DNA from: Escherichia phage PP01
DNA: 64,000 nucleotides
Reading direction: 5' to 3' (one strand)
Sequence record: NC_054930.1
In this document: positions 56,893 to 64,000 of the stretch, piece by piece
How positions within the stretch are numbered: position 1 is the stretch's first letter
Layout of the letters: each line of letters opens with the position of its first letter
Made by a program: the position numbers and the translations under genes
Notes under the pieces: generated by a model
Databases searched by the model: none
What the model was told of the DNA's origin: nothing
Seen by the model: only the letters and a program-made list of their open reading frames with translations

Positions 56893-57359
56893 TAGTAAAG
56901 GTCCTCGGAGTAAAGTTCTTTTTCACTACCACCACGTTCAATACGCACTTGTCCAGCGTAAGTTGCAATAATCATTGCTTCTTCACGTGTCCAGTAATTG
57001 CTATACTGGTCAATAAATCCTTGGTCTTCACCACAAACATGGTCTGATACAAGTTTATCACTTACCTGGTCAAGAACTTCAGCCATATCTTTAGAATAAT
57101 GACGAGCACCAGGAATAACCAGAGTCCCACCATCTTTTAACTTAAAGCGGTTGGCTGCACACACAATTCGACGTTGATATTTTTCATTATTGTTCCAATG
57201 AGCTACTTGCCAACAGATTTCAGGAACCTCTTCTAAAACATCCTCTTCCGTATATTCGGTGTAGTCGCCATAGGCCTGTAATTTAGCTGCTAGACTTTCT
57301 GGAGTTTCACGTAATAAAGCCAGGTCTAATAATTCAAGACGCTCTTTGAAGGTTTTCAT
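56892..57359 (-). CDS. Hypothetical protein
   Basis: 155-aa ORF with ATG start. Confidence 0.5.
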   Translation of the reverse strand: MKTFKERLELLDLALLRETPESLAAKLQAYGDYTEYTEEDVLEEVPEICWQVAHWNNNEKYQRRIVCAANRFKLKDGGTLVIPGARHYSKDMAEVLDQVSDKLVSDHVCGEDQGFIDQYSNYWTREEAMIIATYAGQVRIERGGSEKELYSEDLY

Positions 57360-57507
57360 TTGGTTTCCTCAACACTTTTAATTTTTATAGCTTGTTTAGA
57401 ACTTTCAAAGCATTGACAATATACTCTTACCGCATCAAACTGGTTGGCCGCTTTAAGATGGACTACACCTTCGCCGTTATAAAATTCTACGACAATTTTA
57501 AATGTTT

Positions 57508-57837
57508 TCATTTAAACCATCCTTTAATACGTTGCCATAAAGTTTTCTGTTGAGCTTTGTTAACACCAATTGAGCGAATAACTGGTTGAGATTCATGGAA
57601 TTCTTTATAATCAGCAAGGTAAATTTCGTAAGCTGAATCCATAAAGGAACTTATAGCTGCCATGAAATTATTGCGAATACCTACTGGAGCATCTTTACTT
57701 TCACGAATAATCATGTATTTACCAGTCTTAATCTTTACAATAGTTCCAAGATAAGCCCCATGGTACCAGATGTCCCATCCCTCTTGAGTGGGTTCTGCAC
57801 AACGACGAAGTTCATTAACAATTTCTAACTTGTTCAT
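57508..57837 (-). CDS. Hypothetical protein (motA.1-like)
   Basis: 109-aa ORF immediately downstream of motA. Confidence 0.5.
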   Translation of the reverse strand: MNKLEIVNELRRCAEPTQEGWDIWYHGAYLGTIVKIKTGKYMIIRESKDAPVGIRNNFMAAISSFMDSAYEIYLADYKEFHESQPVIRSIGVNKAQQKTLWQRIKGWFK

Positions 57838-57847
57838 TATTTATTCC

Positions 57848-58483
57848 TCACAGTTCAGATGCTACAGTGATTACTGCTTCAATGTTTTCTGCCGAGCGTT
57901 TAATGTCAAGATACACATTACCGTTTTTAGCGATTTTACATGACATTCCGATATCAGTAAATTTCTGAATATGATGTTCCATCATTTTGTATCCAAAAAT
58001 TCGCATATTTCCATTATTGTTAATTTCAAAATTACGAATTCCGTGAGTGCGTTTTTCTAAAATGGCAAGATAATTACTACGATAAGTTTCAACCTTTTTA
58101 AGAACAAATCCATTTTCATCTAAAAGTTTTAACATGAGGTCTTTATCTTCTTCCATATCAGAAGTAATCTCACGAGCTTTACGAGTTGCTCGTTTTTTCA
58201 GCAGTTCCGGAGCATTTTCCTGTGCATATAAAGTTGCTGCATTTGAAATAATATCCTGAGCTTCACCAGTAATGATTAATCCATCACCAGATTTCTCCAC
58301 CAGGCCTTTTTTAATCAATACCCCAATATTACTATTAACTACTGCGTTACCTAAATCTGGATGCACCTCACGAACTTCTGCAGCTGTAATGAAATCTTTC
58401 TTAGCAATGGTAATTAAAATCGCAGCAGTTTTTTCATTCAGAACATCGTTAGAAGCTTTGATGATGTAAGTTACTTTAGACAT
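57848..58483 (-). CDS. motA: Middle-transcription activator MotA
   Basis: 211 aa as in T4 MotA; early promoter upstream. Confidence 0.85.
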   Translation of the reverse strand: MSKVTYIIKASNDVLNEKTAAILITIAKKDFITAAEVREVHPDLGNAVVNSNIGVLIKKGLVEKSGDGLIITGEAQDIISNAATLYAQENAPELLKKRATRKAREITSDMEEDKDLMLKLLDENGFVLKKVETYRSNYLAILEKRTHGIRNFEINNNGNMRIFGYKMMEHHIQKFTDIGMSCKIAKNGNVYLDIKRSAENIEAVITVASEL

Positions 58484-58524
58484 TTTCTAATCTCCGTAAT
58501 TCTGTATCAGTAGTTGATAGTTGT

Positions 58525-58553
58525 ATAGTACCACAGTATGCTTTGGTTGTAAA
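58525..58553 (-). promoter_or_regulatory. Early promoter for motA
   Basis: Minus strand GTTTACA-N17-TACTAT with upstream A/T-rich region. Confidence 0.55.
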
Positions 58554-58570
58554 CCGTTTTGTGAAAAAAA

Positions 58571-58605
58571 TTTTAAAATAAAAAAGGGAGAGCCGAGGCT
58601 CTCCC
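58571..58605 (-). terminator. Intrinsic terminator
   Basis: GGGAGAGCC-TC-GGCTCTCCC hairpin followed by TTTTTTATTTT on minus strand. Confidence 0.65.
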
Positions 58606-58610
58606 TAAAA

Positions 58611-58760
58611 TTACTGTTCAAACGCGATTACTATCATGATAACACGCTGAATACCAAAAGCAAGAAGACCTCCTGCTACGGCTGGAACAACACCTAAACC
58701 CGCCAGTAAAATGGCACCAGATACTAACGCAGCGCTTGTAATACCTACGAATGGACTCAT
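58611..58760 (-). CDS. Small hydrophobic membrane peptide, 49 aa (not in ORF track)
   Basis: ATG with GAGGAAA SD; Gly/Ala/Leu-rich TM-like sequence; terminator directly downstream. Confidence 0.5.
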   Translation of the reverse strand: MSPFVGITSAALVSGAILLAGLGVVPAVAGGLLAFGIQRVIMIVIAFEQ

Positions 58761-60085
58761 TTGATTTCCTCTAAATCTTTGGTGTATTCTGTAACTACAT
58801 CAGTAGTTTTCCAATATTCGTTTTCTTCTTTCTTAGCTTTAGCTTCTTCGGCAAGTTTCTTTGCTTCATCAGAAGTCATGTGAAAAATATTCATTCCAAC
58901 TAGTTTATCAACATAAGAAGAATACATGTCAATTTTAGAAAGTTCTTCGGTCAGTTCTTTGCGAGTTTTACCCTGTACAACGATTTCACCTGAAATTACT
59001 TTCTTAATGAAATGTGCCTTGGCAAAGGCTAAACGAAATGCTGATTCAGTTTCTTTGATTTTGTTATCAATTCGTTTTTGGACATAAGTTTTACGAACTT
59101 CAACGAAGTCTTTGATTAAATCGACTACGTTATCGTAAACTTGTAGTTTTCCTTTCTCATTAATAACCGTAATATTCTGAGAACGACGCTCAATCAACCC
59201 GAAGTCTTTCATAATTTTTGCATGACGTTCTTCTTCATTATCGCTCAAAGAATATTCTTTGCGGAATTTAACTTTGAATCCAAAACCATGCTCACCGCAA
59301 GCATCATCCCATGTAATGAAGCCTTTATCTTCAAGTGGGTCTAAGATTTTACTCACATAAGTTTCACGATCATACTTATACGGAATCTCAGTGATATGCA
59401 TTTGAGTTCGTGAAGTAAACTTATATGTTCCACGAATTTCATATTGCCCATCAATCTCAACGACTTCACCACGAAATTCTGGGAATTCTACCTTCGGTTT
59501 AGTTACTTTCTTTCCTTGAAGAGCTTGCAGTACAGCTTTCTTAACAGAAGAAACACTATGAGGAAGAATGTAAGTTGCATAACCAGTTGCAATACCGGAA
59601 ACGCCATTAAGAAGAACGGTAGGAATAATAGGCAAATAGAAAGCAGGCGGAATGTGTTCTTTATCTTGATGTACCGGAGCATATTCAGTATCTTTATATA
59701 CGTTATAGAAATTTTTACTTACACGAGCAAAAATATAACGACTTGCCGCGGCCTTTTGAACAGTACGAGAACCAAAGTTTCCTTGGCCATCTAACAAAGG
59801 AAAGTTATTATTCCAAGTGTTAGCCATCAAAGCACCTGCATCTTGTGCAGAGTTTTCGCCATGGTGATATCCAAGGTCCGCTACACCACCTGCAATAGAA
59901 GCGAGTTTGTGAAACTTATCTTTATTTCCTCGTGCCAAATCAAGAGCTCGAGCAATAACAAATCGTTGAACTGGCTTAAATCCATCAATCATATTTGGAA
60001 TGGCACGATTTTCAACCGTGTACATAGCATAAGCCAATGCTTCATTATCAATGATACTTTTTAAATCGCGATTATTCAGTTGCAT
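58757..60085 (-). CDS. 52: DNA topoisomerase II medium subunit gp52
   Basis: 442 aa as in T4 gp52; synteny. Confidence 0.9.
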   Translation of the reverse strand: MQLNNRDLKSIIDNEALAYAMYTVENRAIPNMIDGFKPVQRFVIARALDLARGNKDKFHKLASIAGGVADLGYHHGENSAQDAGALMANTWNNNFPLLDGQGNFGSRTVQKAAASRYIFARVSKNFYNVYKDTEYAPVHQDKEHIPPAFYLPIIPTVLLNGVSGIATGYATYILPHSVSSVKKAVLQALQGKKVTKPKVEFPEFRGEVVEIDGQYEIRGTYKFTSRTQMHITEIPYKYDRETYVSKILDPLEDKGFITWDDACGEHGFGFKVKFRKEYSLSDNEEERHAKIMKDFGLIERRSQNITVINEKGKLQVYDNVVDLIKDFVEVRKTYVQKRIDNKIKETESAFRLAFAKAHFIKKVISGEIVVQGKTRKELTEELSKIDMYSSYVDKLVGMNIFHMTSDEAKKLAEEAKAKKEENEYWKTTDVVTEYTKDLEEIK

Positions 60086-60089
60086 AAAT

Positions 60090-60230
60090 TTACCATACTA
60101 GTGAATGTAGTGCCATAATAACATCAGAAATGAAAAGCACGACTTGAATTAATCCGAACATTACTCCATAATATAATGCTACCAATAAAGCAGCAAGGGC
60201 TAATGAATAGCCCAAGATTTTCTTAATCAT
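60090..60230 (-). CDS. Small hydrophobic membrane peptide, 46 aa
   Basis: ATG start; single TM-like segment; not in ORF track. Confidence 0.4.
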   Translation of the reverse strand: MIKKILGYSLALAALLVALYYGVMFGLIQVVLFISDVIMALHSLVW

Positions 60231-60381
60231 TAGTAGATAACAACACAAATGTTAAATATGCACACATACCCTGAGCTAAAGCTTGCGAAAACACACTGCT
60301 GGCATCAATACAGATAGTTAAAACACATGCTACTATCCAACAAATAAATGAAATAACTCCTAATAATTTTGCAATATTCAT
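60223..60381 (-). CDS. Small hydrophobic membrane peptide, 52 aa (possibly ac)
   Basis: ATG with GAGGAAA SD; Cys-rich TM-like sequence; position between stp and gene 52. Confidence 0.45.
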   Translation of the reverse strand: MNIAKLLGVISFICWIVACVLTICIDASSVFSQALAQGMCAYLTFVLLSTND

Positions 60382-60388
60382 ATTTTCC

Positions 60389-60469
60389 TCACTGGCGTCC
60401 GAAGACGCCTTTAGTTTTAAGATTATTACGATAAAACTGCATCACGTGTTCGTTGTGAAAATTACTCAT
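60389..60469 (-). CDS. stp: Stp peptide, 26 aa
   Basis: Translation [26 protein letters not shown] matches T4 Stp as I recall it; not in ORF track. Confidence 0.75.
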
Positions 60470-60927
60470 TAATATGCCTGCAAAACGAATTTAAAGTTAT
60501 CAGCCAACATACGGTTCATTTCTTCAAGTGTTTGATACTCAGAATGATGATTACGAGTAAACGCAAAAGCTAACTGTCCTTTTCCAAATCCCGTCGTCAA
60601 AGGTTTCATCTTAGAAGCAGGCAGATAAAATACTGTGTATGGAACATTGTTATTTGCAATAGTACGTGCAAGTTGAGACCGTCGTTGACGAATATGACTT
60701 AGAACTGCACTGAATCCTTGCTTAGAACGCTGATTACCTACATAAAATCGTGCAGACACACATGGATTACTAAATGGACGACCATCTAATTTACTTACTA
60801 AAAAATAAAATCCAGGTTTAGATAAAATATCTTTATGCGGAGTTCCCAAAAACCACTCACCACCCTTGATTGTACCAATAACAGTAGCGCCTGCATTGTT
60901 CAGATCAGTAACAGTCATGTATTTCAT
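60469..60927 (-). CDS. ndd: Nucleoid disruption protein Ndd
   Basis: 152 aa from ATG 60927 (SD AGAGGAAA); the track start is an upstream non-ATG extension; synteny. Confidence 0.6.
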
Positions 60928-60987
60928 ATTAATTTCCTCTAAATTATTTTCTACTCCAAGGCCGCATGAATACACACGGCCATTAAA

Positions 60988-61203
60988 TTAATCGTCGCAG
61001 TCGACGCTCAATTCCCAGAATTCTTCTACGGTATAAGTTTCAGTATCATTTTCAATACAGAAACGTTCATTACTGTTATTTGCTAAAGTAGCGTTAACTG
61101 TCATTTTCTCGCTAGTGCTCTTAAGAGGTGAAATACGAATTAACTGATCACCGTTATCTAAACAAAAAATTTCACCAACTTTTACATCTTTAAAAATTTT
61201 CAT
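60988..61203 (-). CDS. Hypothetical protein (ndd.1-like)
   Basis: 71-aa ORF with GAGGTGA SD. Confidence 0.5.
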   Translation of the reverse strand: MKIFKDVKVGEIFCLDNGDQLIRISPLKSTSEKMTVNATLANNSNERFCIENDTETYTVEEFWELSVDCDD

Positions 61204-61211
61204 AATTCACC

Positions 61212-61322
61212 TCAAGGAGTATAAAATCCAAATGCAGTTGTTGACCATCCCATCCAATATGGGAAATTTGCACCAATGTAAAACATAAGAATATAAAACC
61301 AACCGCTCAGCAAATTCATCAT
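61212..61322 (-). CDS. Small hydrophobic peptide, 36 aa
   Basis: ATGATGA-coupled to the upstream ORF; aromatic-rich TM-like sequence; not in ORF track. Confidence 0.35.
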   Translation of the reverse strand: MMNLLSGWFYILMFYIGANFPYWMGWSTTAFGFYTP

Positions 61323-61516
61323 TTTACACCATTCCAAATTGTTTCAACCACGGATTTTAAACCATTTTGATGAATATCCATTCCGACTACCGCCATCAAA
61401 TAAATTCCAACTACAACTGAACCTAAGGCAAAAATCAGCATGAAAATGAATAAAGCCGGAAAAATATTATCGAAAAACCATTCAATAAATGTAAAAGCAC
61501 TGCGTTTACGCTTCAT
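61319..61516 (-). CDS. Small membrane protein, 65 aa
   Basis: ATG 61516 with GAGGAAAAT SD; TM segment IFPALFIFMLIFALGSVVVGIYLMAVV; the track start is a TTG. Confidence 0.45.
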   Translation of the reverse strand: MKRKRSAFTFIEWFFDNIFPALFIFMLIFALGSVVVGIYLMAVVGMDIHQNGLKSVVETIWNGVK

Positions 61517-61523
61517 ATTTTCC

Positions 61524-61637
61524 TCACATAAATCCAAAGTAAACGTTTAATACATCAATCATTAAAACGATTGGGAATATACTCAAAACTACTAGTATTA
61601 TAACTACATTCCATATAGCTTTAATAATCTTTTTCAT
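61524..61637 (-). CDS. Small membrane peptide, 37 aa
   Basis: ATG 61637 with GGAGGAACAGAAA SD; TM segment VVIILVVLSIFPIVLMI; the longer track ORF overlaps its own promoter. Confidence 0.45.
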   Translation of the reverse strand: MKKIIKAIWNVVIILVVLSIFPIVLMIDVLNVYFGFM

Positions 61638-61665
61638 TTTCTGTTCCTCCGTAGTTGATAGGGTA

Positions 61666-61694
61666 ATAGTACCACGGAAGAACAGTCTTGTAAA
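61666..61694 (-). promoter_or_regulatory. Early promoter
   Basis: Minus strand GTTTACA-N17-TACTAT. Confidence 0.5.
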
Positions 61695-61911
61695 CAACTT
61701 TTTAAAAATATTCGTAATAAATGTGAATACCAACTACTACCGCTGAAACCTGTGCAACCCACCACGCACAAGCAATAAGTACAGAATTCATAATTTTCAT
61801 AATAACCTCATTACAAAAGTAAATGTTAAACAAATTAATGGAATACTAACTAACCAAACAAAACACCACCACAATGAACTCATAGTTCAATCTCAACGAT
61901 TTTCATTTTAC

Positions 61912-62118
61912 TCAATAATCCGCTAAAAGATCAACGATTGCATCACGAAGACACTTATTCGCAATACGTTTAAGAGCAATTTCAGTTTCTGGAGCATTTT
62001 GAATAATCATCGAATTCAACTCAGCCTCAGCAAATTGAAGTTCTTTAACTAGTTCAGCTTTATATTTCCCTTGCCCTTTCTTAGCTTTTGCTCGTTTTAA
62101 TTCAGCTGTAGTAAACAT
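61912..62118 (-). CDS. Hypothetical protein, 68 aa
   Basis: ATG 62118 downstream of an early promoter; the track start lies upstream of the promoter. Confidence 0.45.
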   Translation of the reverse strand: MFTTAELKRAKAKKGQGKYKAELVKELQFAEAELNSMIIQNAPETEIALKRIANKCLRDAIVDLLADY

Positions 62119-62152
62119 TTTATTCTCCAAATCCGTATCAGTTGATAGTTGT

Positions 62153-62181
62153 ATAGTACCACGGTCCTTGTGGTATGTAAA
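62153..62181 (-). promoter_or_regulatory. Early promoter
   Basis: Minus strand GTTTACA-N17-TACTAT. Confidence 0.5.
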
Positions 62182-62198
62182 CTGTTTTGTGAAATTTT

Positions 62199-62756
62199 TT
62201 AAATGGAAAGATACCATCCGTTGTAGTTGCTTTTTCTTACAACCTTACGAAGGTCTTCTCTGTCACCGATGAACTTCGGAGTGTACTGGATGACACCTGG
62301 ATGAATTTCTTTAGTGTTGAATATAATTATACAGTCAGCGACTTGATGATTTAGAATGGGCCCTAGATTTATTCCAGAACCATATGGATACTCTCCGCTG
62401 CATCCCGTTGTTACCGAAATCCAACGTGAGTCAGTTTGATGTGTCTTAACTTCTACACGAAGCCCACAGTATTTTGGATGTGCTAAAACATCCCATGCAT
62501 ACGTGTACGGATCATCGACATCTTCTTGGCCTTTATTGACATATCCGCTTAGCCAATCTGCCACAAAAAACTCTGCGTACACAGCGATACGGCATCTTTC
62601 GATAACTTCTGCCTTATCCTGATTTGGGTTCTGTTTTAAAGAGTATCTTGCAGTATCAGCAATTTTGACCTTCATTTCATTGGTTAAATCGTTGTTCGAT
62701 AGAGTAAATGTTGGAATCTGAAATAGTCTCTGTAACCCAGGATTCGTTTTCTGCAT
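62199..62756 (-). CDS. denB: Endonuclease IV
   Basis: 185 aa as in T4 DenB; position next to rIIB. Confidence 0.75.
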   Translation of the reverse strand: MQKTNPGLQRLFQIPTFTLSNNDLTNEMKVKIADTARYSLKQNPNQDKAEVIERCRIAVYAEFFVADWLSGYVNKGQEDVDDPYTYAWDVLAHPKYCGLRVEVKTHQTDSRWISVTTGCSGEYPYGSGINLGPILNHQVADCIIIFNTKEIHPGVIQYTPKFIGDREDLRKVVRKSNYNGWYLSI

Positions 62757-62805
62757 TTAAACTTTCCTTTATGTCGGAATCACTGATATTCATATAAATC
62801 ATAAT

Positions 62806-62833
62806 TTCTCTTAAAACAAAAGGGCCGAAGCCC
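62806..62833 (-). terminator. Terminator hairpin
   Basis: GGGC-TTCG-GCCC hairpin followed by U-rich run on minus strand. Confidence 0.45.
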
Positions 62834-62838
62834 TTATT

Positions 62839-63033
62839 TTATTTGAATTGTGCAATTCTTTTCTCTAAACAGTCAGCGTAAGATTTCATTGAGATGAACT
62901 GCGAAAGTAGCAGTTCTTGCTCAACTGCGCTAACTGTTAGAAACTTTGCGCTTTCTAAAAATTTACTCAGTGCATTAATTTTGAGCATTAATTGATCGTA
63001 TTCTTCTTTTACTCGTGCTTGATAACCTAACAT
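62839..63033 (-). CDS. Hypothetical protein (rIIB-adjacent)
   Basis: 64-aa ORF with AAGGAAAA SD. Confidence 0.5.
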   Translation of the reverse strand: MLGYQARVKEEYDQLMLKINALSKFLESAKFLTVSAVEQELLLSQFISMKSYADCLEKRIAQFK

Positions 63034-63061
63034 AATTTTCCTTAGTTAAGGGCCGAAGCCC

Positions 63062-64000
63062 TTATTTAAATTGTTCAGTAACGTCTTCAACTACTTCGTA
63101 TTGGCAGGTACGCATTTTAGCATCGTTATAATCAATCGGAATTGATACCACATCGCGAGGATGCACTTTAACTTTTACGACTCGGCTGGTTGAACTGCCA
63201 AAGTGACGAATATAAGATTTAGAACACACATGCAGACCACGTGAACAAGTTTGTGTATCATCGTCATTCACACGAGTACGTGGCATTTTAACTACTTTAC
63301 CCGGACTGTTATCAAAGGTGTTTGAGTGACAGTCAAAGTAATTGCTGCGAACTACTTTCCAAGCATAGAAGTAACCATCTTCTGTAATTTCAATATCGTT
63401 TGCTACCAAGAAATCAAAGAGTCGAGATACCGCTTTTTGGCTTGGGTTTTCCAGTAGATTTTCCAAGAACGGAAAATAAAATTCAAAGTTTTCGCCTTTT
63501 TCCATCGAGTCAAGAATACGATCAACTAAACCGGACCGCAATTCGATATTTTGATAGAACAAGCTTCCACCTTCAATTCGAACATCACCGGAAATATATT
63601 TTTCAACAGCGCGACGAACATTAATTTTTTGTGCCGCTTCTTCCAACTTATCTGCTACGAGCAGATTAAGAATTTCCTGGAAGTTTGAATGAGTATTAGG
63701 AGTTGCATTATAAGTTACACCGTCAACAGTAATTGAAATGAATTTTTTAGATGCATTCCAAATAATGTCAGATTTAGCAACTGGAGCAATAACTGCATCG
63801 CTATTAACTTTAACTGTAATATCACCGCTAATAGTAACTTTAGGGCGTTTAGCTTCTTCAGCATTTTTCAAAACACGACGGATTGTGTCAACCGATACAC
63901 CTTGCCAATCAGCCAATTCCTGTTGGGTGTAATTACCGCTTGAATACAGTTTAACAATTTCAGCTTGTTCGTTTTTGGTCAGGCATTTAATATTGTACAT
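63062..64000 (-). CDS. rIIB: rIIB protein (start codon at window edge)
   Basis: 312 aa; N-terminus MYNIKCLTKNEQAEIVKLYSSGNYTQQELADW matches T4 rIIB as I recall it. Confidence 0.9.
   Translation of the reverse strand: MYNIKCLTKNEQAEIVKLYSSGNYTQQELADWQGVSVDTIRRVLKNAEEAKRPKVTISGDITVKVNSDAVIAPVAKSDIIWNASKKFISITVDGVTYNATPNTHSNFQEILNLLVADKLEEAAQKINVRRAVEKYISGDVRIEGGSLFYQNIELRSGLVDRILDSMEKGENFEFYFPFLENLLENPSQKAVSRLFDFLVANDIEITEDGYFYAWKVVRSNYFDCHSNTFDNSPGKVVKMPRTRVNDDDTQTCSRGLHVCSKSYIRHFGSSTSRVVKVKVHPRDVVSIPIDYNDAKMRTCQYEVVEDVTEQFK

Overview
This window is a contiguous 64 kb segment of a T-even (T4-like) myovirus genome, running in T4 gene order from the 3' end of gene 23 (major capsid protein) to rIIB at the right edge. 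It contains: head genes (23, 24, hoc, inh); baseplate/tail genes (25, 26, 51, 27, 28, 29, 48, 54); recombination/replication genes (uvsW, uvsY, 30, 32, 59, rnh, 52); nucleotide metabolism (cd, nrdAB, td, frd); a tRNA-repair pair (pseT, rnlA) plus rnlB; host-takeover genes (alt, alc, ndd, denA, denB, asiA, motA, arn, stp); lysis genes (t holin, i-/o-spanin pair); and the long tail fibre genes 34-38. Gene calls rest on synteny, protein length and motifs read from the supplied translations; no database search was run. Several ORF-track starts are TTG/GTG artefacts and were moved to an ATG with a Shine-Dalgarno sequence. Regulatory signals are dense and readable: TATAAATA late promoters, GTTTAC-N17-TATAAT-type early promoters, one MotA-box middle promoter, and GC-clamped tetraloop terminators. 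I do not see convincing evidence for a wholly undescribed multi-gene system. The points most worth a second look are: (1) two intact tandem Alt-family ADP-ribosyltransferase paralogs; (2) a NADAR/YbiA-like protein in the gene 30 cluster; (3) a GIY-YIG Seg-like homing endonuclease split by a frameshift at a lysine-codon run; (4) a T2-type receptor module (gp37 with a C-terminal self-cleaving chaperone domain plus a glycine-rich gp38 adhesin encoded by slippage-prone repeats); (5) Hoc enlarged by a tandem Ig-domain duplication; (6) intronless td and nrdB with no mobE/segE/segG; (7) an extra ORF between td and frd; (8) a cluster of tiny membrane-peptide ORFs between gene 52 and denB.
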